Below are positions 24,501-36,252 of a DNA stretch of 64,000 nucleotides, one piece after another (within the stretch, counting starts at the first letter, position 1; the number at the start of each line of letters is the position of its first letter). The DNA is from Macrostomum lignano (lineage: Eukaryota), in the NCBI GenBank assembly GCA_002269645.1, contig NIVC01003823.1:1-64000 (forward strand), given 5' to 3'. Position numbers and translations under genes: made by a program. The notes beneath the pieces are model-generated. The model was not told the origin of the DNA and made no database searches. It saw nothing but the letters and a program-made list of their open reading frames with translations.

Positions 24501-26744
24501 AAAACACCGGCTGCTGGAGAACAACGCGGGATACCAAGCCGTGGATCGAACCCAGCGCGGGTTCGTGCCGGTCGCCGACCAGAACCGACCAGAACCGGTC
24601 CGTCAGCTGTCTGCCGGTGCAGCGGCGCTCCTGCGGTCGCTGCAGGCGCTGGCGCTGCTGCTGGGCGGCGCCGCTGGAGGCGACAGGCGCCGATTCGCTG
24701 AGGAGTTCCGCACCGGCCTGGCGTTGTTCAGCCGCGCCACGGGTCGCAGTCAGGAGGACGCAGCGCAGGCGCTCCACCTGCTGCTGCTGCGCGGCCTGTC
24801 AGCACCCGCGCCCGCCACCGCCTTCAACCTGCTCAACAACGATGGACGTCGCGAGTTCGAGAACCGCTTGGAGACGCGCCTGCTCCGGCCGCTGCTGGAC
24901 AACCTGAGCGACTGGCTGCAGGAGTCCAACCGAATCGTCGGGCAGGACGACCTCGGCAGGACATCGGAGATCGTCCGCCTGGTGCAGGAGACCTCGGAGC
25001 TCGACAGGCGGCAGGCGCACGAGGGCCAGCTGTGGCGCTACAGGCAGGTCATCTCCGTGGAGCACGCGGTGCAGACCTTCCGGGAGCTGGGCGTCGAGGA
25101 ACAGAGGCGGCACGCCCTCATCGAGGCCGTCACTCGCTGGGAGTTCGCGCTGAGGCACCTGCGGTCTCTGCCGGCTCTGCTGCAGCTGGTGAAGGACCTG
25201 GTGGCCGCTTGGAAGTTCAACTTGTCGATGGAAGCGGCTGAAAAAAGGAAGATAGATGCGTTTGACATGAATCGCCAGTGAGTATTTATGTCTCATCTTT
25301 TATCCGTCTGCAAGTTTCAACTTGACAAGCAGGTTTTCCAAACTGCACTCTCCCTTTCGAAAACTCACTCAGGTGGGAGCAGGGCGCGATCGAGTTCAAA
25401 CTGGCTTGGAACTCTCTGCATGGCCACCTGGAAAACCGGGGCGCCAGATTTCCAAACGGAGTCATCGTTCCCATCAGTGAGAAAGCTTGCCACTGGGCCA
25501 CAGCAGATTTTATGCCCCTAGCGGCTCTGCTGCCCCATAGCGGCTGGGGAAGCTGCATTGTAGGCCTAGTCCAGCTGCTGATGGAGGCTCAAAATTCCGT
25601 ATTGGAAGCTAGCGGAATTCAGTGCGATGAAATCGACATCTGTCAGGTAAGTCTATGTCGGAGTCGGCGTTTTGCGAATAATGGATTTTTAAAGTTCGGC
25701 ACTCAGGTAGCGAGAAGAACCCTTTACAGTTTTACCGGTAAACTCTCGCCTAGGAGCCTGTACCTGTACTTGTACATGTACTTTACGAGCAACTATTTTA
25801 GGCTAACGAAGCCTCTGTAATCTCGTACGATCCGGACGCCGATCTGCTGCCCGTCCTGCTAGCGAATTGCGAGTACTCTCTGCGCCCTGGCGAGGGCTGC
25901 AAGGTCGCCTACAACTTCTCCAGCTTGCAGCAACAGCTTGTTGAGCTGCTGGCTCGGGGAAAATCACGGCTCATTGGTCACCTGCCGGAGATGAAGTTCA
26001 AGGAGGACTTTAACCTCTACGAGCAGTTTCAGTTGCTGAATAAGGCGAGTAGATCACGGGTTCCTGTTGATCATAAACTCCCATTGAGTGTGACCTTGCT
26101 TCTATATATTATTTTCATCCTGCTGTTCCTGCCGTCCTCAGGCGGTGCCGCAGTGCCGCTCTCCCAGCAGCTCCTCGGTGAGCCACGCGCTGAGCTCCGA
26201 GCTGCCCAGCAGCCCGCCCGTCATCACGTCGCTGCTGGAGGAGCTACTGCCACCAGCCGTGAGCTTCCTGACCTCGCTGGCCCCGAAGGAGCCGTCGCAG
26301 CTGCTGCATGACTTCATGACGAAGTCGCTGCGAATGCCGCAGGGGCTGCCGGAGCCGCTCAACCGCTGCGTCACAATCGACCACGTCCGCCTGCTGTGGC
26401 TGTCGCTGGACCGCCTGCGCTGCCAGCAGCTCGCCGACGACGGCTTCGAGCCGTTCCGCGACTGCCGCGGCCTCGAGGCCGCACCGCTAGAGGAACCGCT
26501 CCGCGAGCTGCTGCCCCCGCGTGACCTCCGCAACCGGCGCAGCCTCCTGCTGGAGAAGCTGCACAGCCTGATGAGGCTGGAGCTGGCGAGCCGGCCGGAT
26601 CTGCTGGACCTGCCACTGTCGGAGGTTGGGATCGTGTACACCGACTATGATGGCGTCTTCGACGGCTGGGACGAGCGACTGTTGTGCAAGCACTCGGCCG
26701 CCATCTGGATGGCCGTCTTCGCGCTGGAGGGCTCGCGGGCCTGA
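6560..26744 (+). CDS. RNF213: RNF213/mysterin-like giant AAA+ ATPase / E3 ubiquitin ligase, 22 exons, ~5,000 aa, two apparent 1-nt frameshifts
   Basis: Diagnostic motifs: SDRSGMGKS, MGETGCGKT/FFDEVNTT, GKPGSSKS/VILDEVGLAEDSPKMPLKALHPLLE, WNLSNWALDPAKMNR-like ISNWALDPAKMNRG, a RING (21724 on), the RZ finger CPNGHPYYIAN|CGQAMQLARCPDCGSAIGGQKH, and C-terminal NCEYSL..G. Phase-consistent exons: 6560-8089, 8170-8411, 9378-9641, 10893-11106, ~11379-11525, 11604-11717, 11807-11947, 12030-12228, 12332-12783, 13179-20053, 20137-20284, 20360-21014, 21140-21403, 21526-21632, 21714-22479, 22585-23094, 23558-23939, 24019-24053, 24442-25277, 25373-25646, 25802-26044, 26142-26744. These sum to 15,001 nt, or 5,001 codons after adding the 2 missing bases. 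Confidence 0.93.
8560..8872 (-). mobile_element. tRNA-headed SINE (second family) in RNF213 intron 2
   Basis: The minus strand begins gggcgtagcctagtggtctagtgcggcg (tRNA/A-box-like). Its 3' ~90 bp are nearly identical to 2085-2165. Confidence 0.6.
9949..10759. mobile_element. Non-autonomous DNA transposon/MITE with ~170-bp near-perfect TIRs in RNF213 intron 3
   Basis: 9949-~10117 (agtatagcatttcccagtcaatttggtcc...attcattttaaaagc) is the reverse complement of ~10591-10759. Confidence 0.9.
23140..23530. repeat. ~46-bp degenerate tandem repeat in RNF213 intron 16
   Basis: Recurrent cagccaccccacagcacacagtgtacacaggacactga units. Confidence 0.85.
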
Positions 26745-28779
26745 ACTAGCCGCGATTTTTACTACTGACTTGGGACTTGCAGTAGTAGTGTGATGCGAAT
26801 GTTTTTGATGCTTTGCTATCTACTTATCCCGGGCTTAAGTAGTAGTCGGATGTTGACTGTTTTAGTTCTTTGATTACCCCTTATCCAGGGTTTGCTAGTA
26901 GTCTGATGTGGATATTCTCGATGCTTTGATTACTACTTATCCAAGGCTTAACTAGTAGTCTGATGCAAACATTTCTCACGCGTCTCTATTTCGAGACAGC
27001 TCGTTTAAAACCTTTTAGAGACATATTCTTGAGGATAGCATGGTTGAACTTTAGGAAACCTGATGAAAATGCCTGAAAATACTGAAAGTCACAAATCATG
27101 AAAAATCTTGGCTATGATAACTTTTGATAAAAATGAGTATACACGAGCTAAACCCAAATGCATGCTATTAGATAGAAACTGAGATATTCATTTTATAAAC
27201 TTTCTTACATATCTTAAATTTTTGCCGAATTCACAGAGAAATGCTTTGAAATGTTTTATCGAATCCGAATTCTGCCGTTTTTTAAATTAACTGATGATAA
27301 TTATGGACTGAATCTGAAAAAAAATTCGTAAAATTATTTAATTACTGTTGCTAATCTCGTATTTATTTGTCACATCAAGACTGGTATATTAGCTTAATCG
27401 AAAGTTTTTGAGATAAATATTGCTTTGCGGCTATGCTACCTCTCTGCCCGGTCAGCAATAGTGCGATAGTTTTGTTGGTTTTTTATTTAATCAAATGAAA
27501 TAAACGTATCGATTTATTTAATACTTTTAAAATCGTGTTTTTTAATCAGTGTTTTCGCTTTTTATCTTGTCTTCTATGCTTTCTACAATAACCTTCACTT
27601 AGGTAGCTAACACCGGTACAATACTTTAGTTACTTGTTACAATACAATGCTCTAGATAAAGGTACAGAGATAAAATACCAATATTTTTTCGTCTGTCTAT
27701 ATGTCGAATGTTCTGTCATTTTAAGTGTGCCATTGCGAGTGTTGATTAATTAACTCGAACAAATCCCGTACACAAATCCGTATGCCTGCACAAACAGTAA
27801 TCCTAATGCACTTTTAGTATGAATGTAAACAAATAAGTAGAGCGAGGCGGTGGTTCCTTGTTTGCCTGCAGATGGGAAATGTACAAATCGTCGGTGGCCT
27901 TCGAATGCTGCGCTCAATTGAGGCGGTTAGTTTCAGCACGCATTTCCCCCGGCACCACGACATAGAACTCCGGAATGCGCTTGAAGACGGTGCAATGGTC
28001 CTTGATATGGCGCCTACAGCGGCTTCCAGGTGCGATGAACGCGGACGACGATTGTCTCGATGTCGCTCAGTACGTATGTCGGCTGATCTGGTGAAGGCCT
28101 CTCGTTTTGTCTAGCAGGCTGTCCAAGCAAAGGCAAATGTCCTCCGGTATCGGGTCCTTGGATGCCAGGATGCCAGGGCATCTTCAGGTGTTCTCCAACG
28201 ACAACGCCAACGGCGGGCATTCCAACCAGCATTCGCCATGGGTCTTCAGAATGGCTTTCAACTTTGCCAATTTTCTGCGGGTGGTTTAATTGAACTGTCG
28301 TTCGCAGTCGGTGGAACGCGATGACCTCTTGGAGACCCGTTTCTTGAATTTTACGCTACAGTACGCTACATAGTACACAGTACATGTATAAACAAAAATC
28401 GACATGCATTAATCCATTTAACTTCATCACTCCTTAATACCTGCCAAGATTTAGTGCAAACATTACCTTTTATTATTTAGTACCGATACTTATTAACTCC
28501 TAAGAGATTAAATTTAGATTCTAGTTTTTTAGTTCCGTCGATCACCGCCAAGAATCGCAGTAATTTAATTTTTTTGAACACTAAATCGTTGTTTTAAACT
28601 GATGTTGACAATCCCAATTTGACCTGGATTTCGGTATGCCAAATTGAAAATATTCTATCAGAATTTACAATCGGGCAATCGTTTTTCTTCAGGATGGTGT
28701 CTTTCCAGGACAAAGATTGATGATGATAAAATATCTTACAAGGCGACTTTTGCACGATTCTGGGTGTACCAAATTCTGT

Positions 28780-29400
28780 CCGCTCGAATTCATTTAAATG
28801 TGAAGCTCATGGTTACTTTCCATTGCGAGAAAATCGGTCAATTTGTCAAGAATTTGAAATGCCGCGTTCCCAGCTCCTTACGGGCAGGTGTCGTTTACCA
28901 ATTTCAATGCTCTGGTGACCAGTGCATCGCCTACATAGGTGAAACTACCAGACACCTGTATGTGAGAAGTAGAGAACATAGGCAAAAGATGTCAGCCGTG
29001 CATGACCACCTGATGATATGCAAAGAATGCTGTGACAGCCAAATTTCTAAAAATATTTCCACCATTCATACGTGCTCAAATGAGTACATACTAAAAGTGC
29101 TTGAGGACCTGTATATAAAATCGCGCAAACCAATCCAAAATAAGCAACTTGCCAATCATGGTGCCAGTGCCCTCCTTAGAGTATTCTAGGTGTACACTTG
29201 AGCTCATCTCTCTCTCCCTCCTCATTGCAACTCTGTTCACTGTGCAATCTACTGTTAATTTACATACATTTTCTTACTTTTATCGACCCATTTGTTCTCT
29301 AAATTGTTATATATAAATAAATAAACAAATAAATCGTTACTAATTTTTAAGAGCCAGACTATGCCTGATGCGAGGCGAAACATGTCGCAAAAGTATTGTT
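28780..29400 (+). mobile_element. Penelope-like element 3' fragment (GIY-YIG endonuclease) with downstream pLTR-like tail
   Basis: ORF 28644..29189 contains GVVYQFQCSGDQCIAYIGETTRHLYVRSREH...SAVHDH...LEDLYIKSRKPIQNKQ, the GIY-YIG signature of PLEs. No RT is visible upstream. Confidence 0.85.
29358..29394 (+). ncRNA. Degenerate minimal hammerhead-ribozyme-like motif of the PLE
   Basis: The motif reads tgc-CTGATG-cgaggc-GAAA-catg-TC-gca: a tgc/gca stem I, a palindromic catg stem III and a GTC triplet. The conserved A of CUGAUGA is replaced by C. Confidence 0.5.
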
Positions 29401-29688
29401 CCATTTTGTATATGGTTCAAAGGAAGAGTTTACTGGAAGCAATGTTATTAGCTTAAAGCCAAAAGCAACAATCAATGAAATTGCTTCCAGGAAACATTTT
29501 TGCCCTGAACCGTCAACGAAAGGGAGCAATACCCAAATGATATACAACACACAAAATCAGTTTAGTACATTTTGGTGAATTCATTCAAAACTTATGCTTG
29601 AAAAAACCATCCCAATGCTAGTCTTGCAGTTAAAGCGTGGGGTGCTTTAATATATTCGACAAGCTTAACCCTAACCCTAACAAAATTT

Positions 29689-30713
29689 CGGAGATATGAA
29701 GTGTCGGAGATATGAAGTGTCGGAGATATGAAGTGTCGGAGATATGAAGTGTCGGAGATATGAAGTGTCGGAGATATGAAGTGTCGGAGATATGAAGTGT
29801 CGGAGATATGAAGTGTCGGAGATATGAAGTGTCGGAGATATGAAGTGTCGGAGATATGAAGTGTCGGAGATATGAAGTGTCGGAGATATGAAGTGTCGGA
29901 GATATGAAGTGTCAGAGATATGAAGTGTCAGAGATATGAAGTGTCGGAGATATGAAGTGTCGGAGATATGAAGTGTCGGAGATATGAAGTGTCGGAGATA
30001 TGAAGTGTCGGAGATATGAAGTGTCGGAGATATGAAGTGTCGGAGATATGAAGTGTCGGAGATATGAAGTGTCGGAGATATGAAGTGTCGGAGATATGAA
30101 GTGTCGGATATATGAAGCGTCGGAGACATGAAGTGTCGGAGATATGAAGTGTCGGAGATATGAAGTGTCGGAGATATGAAGTGTCGGAGATATGAAGTGT
30201 CGGAGATATGAAGTGTCGGAGATATGAAGTGTCGGAGATATGAAGTGTCGGAGATATGAAGTGTCGGAGATATGAAGTGTCGGAGATATGAAGTGTCGGA
30301 TATATGAAGCGTCGGAGACATGAAGTGTCGGAGATATGAAGTGTCGGAGATATGAAGTGTCGGAGATATGAAGTGTCGGAGAGATGAAGTGTCGGAGATA
30401 TGAAGTGTCGGAGATATGAAGTGTCGGAGATATGAAGTGTCGGAGATATGAAGTGTCGGAGATATGAAGTGTCGGAGATATGAAGTGTCGGAGATATGAA
30501 GTGTCGGAGATATGAAGTGTCGGAGATATGAAGTGTCGGAGATATGAAGTGTCGGAGATATGAAGTGTCGGAGATATGAAGTGTCGGAGATATGAAGTGT
30601 CGGAGATATGAAGTGTCGGAGATATGAAGTGTCGGAGATATGAAGTGTCGGAGATATGAAGTGTCGGAGATATGAAGTGTCGGAGATATGAAGTGTCGGA
30701 GATATGAAGTGTC
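29689..30713. repeat. 16-bp minisatellite (cggagatatgaagtgt) x ~64, preceded by telomere-like taaccctaaccctaac
   Basis: The array is very homogeneous. Telomere-like hexamers lie at 29666-29681. Confidence 0.97.
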
Positions 30714-30830
30714 TCTCTTCAGCTGCAGAACCAGAAAGAAATCGGCTGGTGCAACATCCGGCAAGTGCGGAGGCTTCGGAAGAAACTCAGATTTGACCCT
30801 TTGAATTGGCACGATGTGACGGTTTTAAAA
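30714..30830 (-). mobile_element. mariner transposase remnant
   Basis: Minus-strand translation IQRVKSEFLPKPPHLPDVAPADFFLVLQLKR resembles the mariner HPPYSPDLAPxDFFLFxxLK motif. It is cut off by the 16-bp array. Confidence 0.65.
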
Positions 30831-32016
30831 ATATCGCGTTTTATATCCGTTGCCACTTCCACCTATACGACTATCGATGACATTAAGATGGTTTTTCAGG
30901 CATAAATTTAGAATCCAATAACCAAAAAAGTGAAATTAAATTTGTTAAAAAGTACAACTGTGCCGCGTTAAAATTACTTTTTAAAAAGTTGGTGGTGCTT
31001 GCAAGCTTCTTTCGGTTTTGAAATGACATTAAATTTGTCAGAACCTTCCGGACACCACTCGTATCTAGGATCTGCATTGAGAGAAAAAAATTAAATTCAA
31101 GCGTTACCTCAACACAATAATATCTATACAAACATAACTAGTATGTATTGAAGTTGTTAACTTGCTCATAATTTAACACACAGCATGCAGAGGAAATTTC
31201 ACTCGTAAAAAGTTGCCGCGTCACTGCTAGATATGCTAATTACATTTCATTTAATACTCCATTAATAATATGACAAAAGTTATTAATTAACGAAAATCAA
31301 CATTTCATGATTACCATCCATCTGAATAATCCAAGTAACAACAACAATAATATAATATTTGCAGTTTTAATACAGTAACCAGCCGTAACTTTCTTAGTAT
31401 TATTGCTGAGCATAAATACCTGGTAAACAAGAATCCGAAACCGCATTAACCGCATGTGCCAGGTAAGTTATCGCCCGTAGAATGTACCCACAGGCCTGGT
31501 CAATAATAAAACGGAAAAATTGAAAGCCAGACAAGCATCACAAGGTTAAAAGCGCATATTAAACTGCCAGTTCTTCCGCAGTGGGAGTGCGTGTTTAGTC
31601 TACAGGTCAACAATGCCATTTCGAAGGTAAATTTGCTAACGACTATGTTACAAATATAAGTTCAAGGGGTCGTACCGTAAAGCTGTCGTAGCGTAAGTCC
31701 GATCGTACGTCGGAGCTTTTACACTGCGGAGATAGGAGCTAAGAACGATCATTATCTTACTATGGCTTTATAGAACGGGCCCCAAATTATTATTTCATAG
31801 AGACTGAACTTGCAGACGTGAACTTAAATCAGTTTTTGTGTGACCATCCATCCTATAACAGTTGCACCAGAATGTTTTTAAAGTATATTAGCAAAGTTTT
31901 AAATACGGTTAAGATACATATTTTATGACTTAAAAGCAGTCAAAATGACTTGTTTTTTTTAACTACTCGTGGCCACATTACGCATGAGCAGCAATAATGA
32001 TTACACATAAGTAGCG

Positions 32017-32206
32017 TCACTGTCCTGCACCGTTGGTTTTTGCTGTTTTTCTACCGTCTTTGTTGTCGACGTCGCTGTCGCTGTCGCTGGCGTCTTCCAG
32101 CTCATCAACAGACACTGGAGTCACGCCGTAGGCTGCCAGGAGCTCCTGGTCGGCGGCCGGATCAGCAGCCGATGCTCCCGCAGCTGACGCCTGCGACTGC
32201 AAACCG

Positions 32207-32240
<34 letters not shown>

Positions 32241-35200
32241 GCTGTTGCTGCGACGGCTGCTTTTTGCCTGCCTTCTTTCGAGCGGCCTTCGGTATGTGGC
32301 TGGCGATTCTTCCGGTTTGCTGGTCGGCTATGTTCGGGTGCGGCCGAGCCACGGCCAGTTCGCCCTGTTGCGCCAGATTTATGAAGTACGGATCGACGTA
32401 CTTTTCTACGTAATCGGCGCAACCGCGAGGATCGTGCAGGCCGGGACGCATCGGCGCCTCCCAGAACCGCTCCTGGGTCTCCGGCAGCGGTTCCAGCTTA
32501 TTCAGCCGGATCTCCTCCAGCAGCCAAGCTGCCAAGTGTTCACCGAAACTTTCTCTAAATTTGCGCTGCATCTTGTCTTTGCCGCGAACGAACTTCATCT
32601 TCTTGACCGTTTTCGGATCGATGAACATTTTAATGGCGTTCCAGACGCCGTGAAATAGGCTGCTATGATTCACGCACACTATTCGGTCCATCTGTTCGGG
32701 GTAGAAGTTGCTGAACACGCTGACTACACCGTTAGCGAGGCCCGGGTTGCACTGCGGGAGGCTGAGGCCTGAAATTGGAGTTGCACTCGTCATTTTAATC
32801 GTTAAGCACCTAACAAAATGAATGCAAATCTAGTTTAAGCGCTTCGGATAACTAAATCAAGGTACTTAGACACCTCAACTACTTTTTTAGTTTTTCAGTT
32901 CAGTTTAGGCTACAAATGACTAATGCGTGATGAGCTACAAATTACTAATACGTGATTATCTACAAAGGACTAATACAAGATTATCTACAAAGTACTAATA
33001 CGTGATGATCTACAAAGGACTAATACGTGATGATCTACAAAGGACTAATACGTGATGATCTACAAAGGACTAATACGTGATGATCTACAAAGGACTATTA
33101 CGTGATGATCTACAAAGGACTAATACGTGATGATCTACAAAGGACTAATACGTGATGATCTACAAAGGACTAATACGTGATGATCTACAAAGGACTATTA
33201 CGTGATGAGCTACAAATTACTAATACGTGATTATCTACAAAGGACTAATACAAGATTATCTACAAAGTACTAATACGTGATGATCTACAAAGGACTATTA
33301 CGTGATGATCTACAAAGGACTAATACGTGATGATCTACAAAGGACTAATACGTGATCATCTACAAAGGACTAATACGTGATGAGCTACAAAGGACTAATA
33401 CGTGATGATCTACAAAGGACTAATACGTGATGATCTACAAAGGACTAATACGTGATGATCTACAAAGGACTATTACGTGATGATCTACAAAGGACTAATA
33501 CGTGATGATCTACAAAGGACTAATACGTGATCATCTACAAAGGACTAATACGTGATGAGCTACAAAGCACTGACAGGATTAAGCTCTAATGATAATCCAT
33601 GCATAAGGGCCAAGTGATGTTTAAATTAGTAAAAAGCAAAACAATATTCAAACCAATGCACCTGTGCAATCAATAACGAAGATCCAACTATTAACACCAG
33701 GTGCCATTGTCCTTTTAGCATTCTCCATCAAGTAGGTGCAGTGCGCCACAGAATCCTCAACGTTGTACCGAACAGCGTCGCCCTGAGAGAAGCTCGAGTA
33801 GATAACGGGTCGGCCTACTATATCAAAACCGACTTGCCGCTGCGGAAGAGACCAACGGTTTTTGGCTTTATTGACTGCTATTTAAAAAATGTTGAGTCAC
33901 GTCAAAACAAATTATGATTTGGGCAGTGATTGAAACTATTTCACATCTTTCTCTCTCTTGTTCTTTACCCCTTCCTCTACTCTGCCTCAACTGCAACATC
34001 TACCTTTTTGTATTACTTTATATCTACTTTTATATCTACCGCTATACATAACTACCGCTACCTCTCTGCCAAGTATGTCTCCTTTTTTTCTCTATTTCTT
34101 TTTTCAGTCATCTTGATATCTTTTGCTTCAGCTCTATTTTTTTCCGATTTAGCAGCAGAATTTGGATAGCCCAGCTCAAGCAGGGTGGACTAAGACTGAG
34201 CAGAAATCCAGTTCCCCGAGGCTTAGCTCACGCTTGAGGAAGCTGCAATTTTCTGTTGCATTTTGGGCTGAAACCGGCGCACAAGACTATGAGAAGCAAT
34301 CGAAACCGCCACCGCTTCTCCTTGTTAGGAAATTTCTAAATCCCGATTCTAATTCCCCAATGATTGCCCCCTGTCCCCTTAAGCCTCTTGTCAGCCAAAA
34401 CAGACACGAATCTTTTAAATTTCTAATGGGTAAAATTATCGAGCATTATTAATATAGCTTTTTGCGGCCCATCCGGGCCCACGCGCATTGAATTTAATCC
34501 AAGATATGTTTGTCAAAGTAATGGAGCTTTTGTCTATGGTAGCAAGGCTGGCACAGCGGCACCCAATCCGGTCCAACAAGCATCAATTTGATCCATTTAG
34601 TTCATTTGCAGCTCAGCCCCAGAATTGTGGACCATATGCTAGGCTGTTGAACGAATGTCATTGGCTTGTGATCGAAGCACTCGACGGAGGTGAACACCCA
34701 AAGGACATTGCAAGGTTGCTGAATGTAAAAGAAAAGGTGGTTTACAACATCTAGCAGCGCGTTGAAACTCTGCCGGCAGAGATTGCCTGCGAAAGGGTGG
34801 CAATCGCCAAGGAAAGTTGCTCGAGAGCCTCAGGTCCAACTGCTACTCGATGCAGTGGAGACGAACCCTTTGTTGAAGTTTCAGAAAATGCAGCAGAAGT
34901 TGAGGGAACAGCTCCAGTTGGTTATCAGATTTCGACTATCAGCAGAGCTCTGGAAAAGCAACTGAAAATTTTAGGTAGAGACGCTGACATTCCAGCGGTG
35001 CGCAACAACCTGCAGACGGTTGAGAGAAGGCAAGAGTTTGTCCTATGGCTCACGAGTGTTTGGACCAAATGGATGCTTGCTGGACCAAATGAAACGCCGC
35101 TGCGCCAGCCCCGCCACCATAGACAAAAGCTCCGTCACATTGGCAAACGTATCTTGGATTAAATTAAATGCGCGTAAGCCCAAATGGGCTGCAAAATGCT

Positions 35201-36173
35201 ATAGTGTCTGACATTGTTTTTTTTCAAGATGAAAACGGCAACTCGGTCGAGAACAGAGTCGTTGTAATTGACTCTAGACTACTCTACAGATAAAAGGACG
35301 TGATGTCAAAACAACTTCATTTAGTCTACTTGAGTTAGTAGAAAGTTAAGCGCTAACACACAACGCTAACACTCAGTGAATGACTGCTTTGATGTTGATA
35401 TTGCAACATTAAACAATACTAACAAATGAGTGCTAAAATGATCTTGATTGCGTCGACTCGAGACCACTCTTCAAGCCGACCTTGAATAATAAACACCCAT
35501 CGATGTTTCTGCAGTTCAAAACATGGCCGTAATCAAATAATCAACAGAATAACACTGACCTCAGTTCTTGTTTTTTTATAAGAAAACGGTCGAAGCCTCA
35601 CAACCATGTCTGTCGTTGGTTTACTCTAGACCTAAGTCTGTCTCTAGACCTCTATTAGAATGACTGAAGACCGCTGTCGTATCGCAAAATAGAATCGTCC
35701 ACTCAAAATCCTTGCATCACTGACGTCCAATGGACCATCTATCACTCCAACTAATGCATGCATACAGCAGAGGCCAGACGGATCCTCTGTTTTTTTCTCA
35801 ACTTTCTCTCTACCCATGAGCTCTCCCATGCAAACTCGCACTTTCGTCTGATCAGAAGCCTATGGAAATGTAGAAAAATGGAGAGAAAGAGAGAGAGAGA
35901 GAGTGAGAGAGAGAGAGAGAGAGCAGCTATGAGCCAGCTGTAAATAGTTTGCGTCTACAAAAATCTGCAGCTAAACTCCCCTCTCCCTAGAATGCGCGAG
36001 TACTTTCCCATCGTTCAGGTTGCTATTTTCGTTCCAGTTTGGTCAATTGGTCAACCGCGCTCTGAATGCAGTTGTTGGGGCCGACGGCAGAGAGAAACAG
36101 ACGGAGAGAGGCACGGCTGAAGTCAGACAAGCAGAAATCATTGTGAAATTAAAATCGTACGATCGAAAGAGAG

Positions 36174-36252
<79 letters not shown>

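Noticed and set aside
27870-28340. GC-richer, coding-looking island after RNF213
   Set aside because: All frames are interrupted and no motif was recognised. It is probably a decayed element but cannot be classified.
29677-30812. Long ORFs of repeated SPTLHISDTSYLRHFI
   Set aside because: These are translations of the 16-bp minisatellite that happen to be stop-free; there is no splice or promoter evidence.
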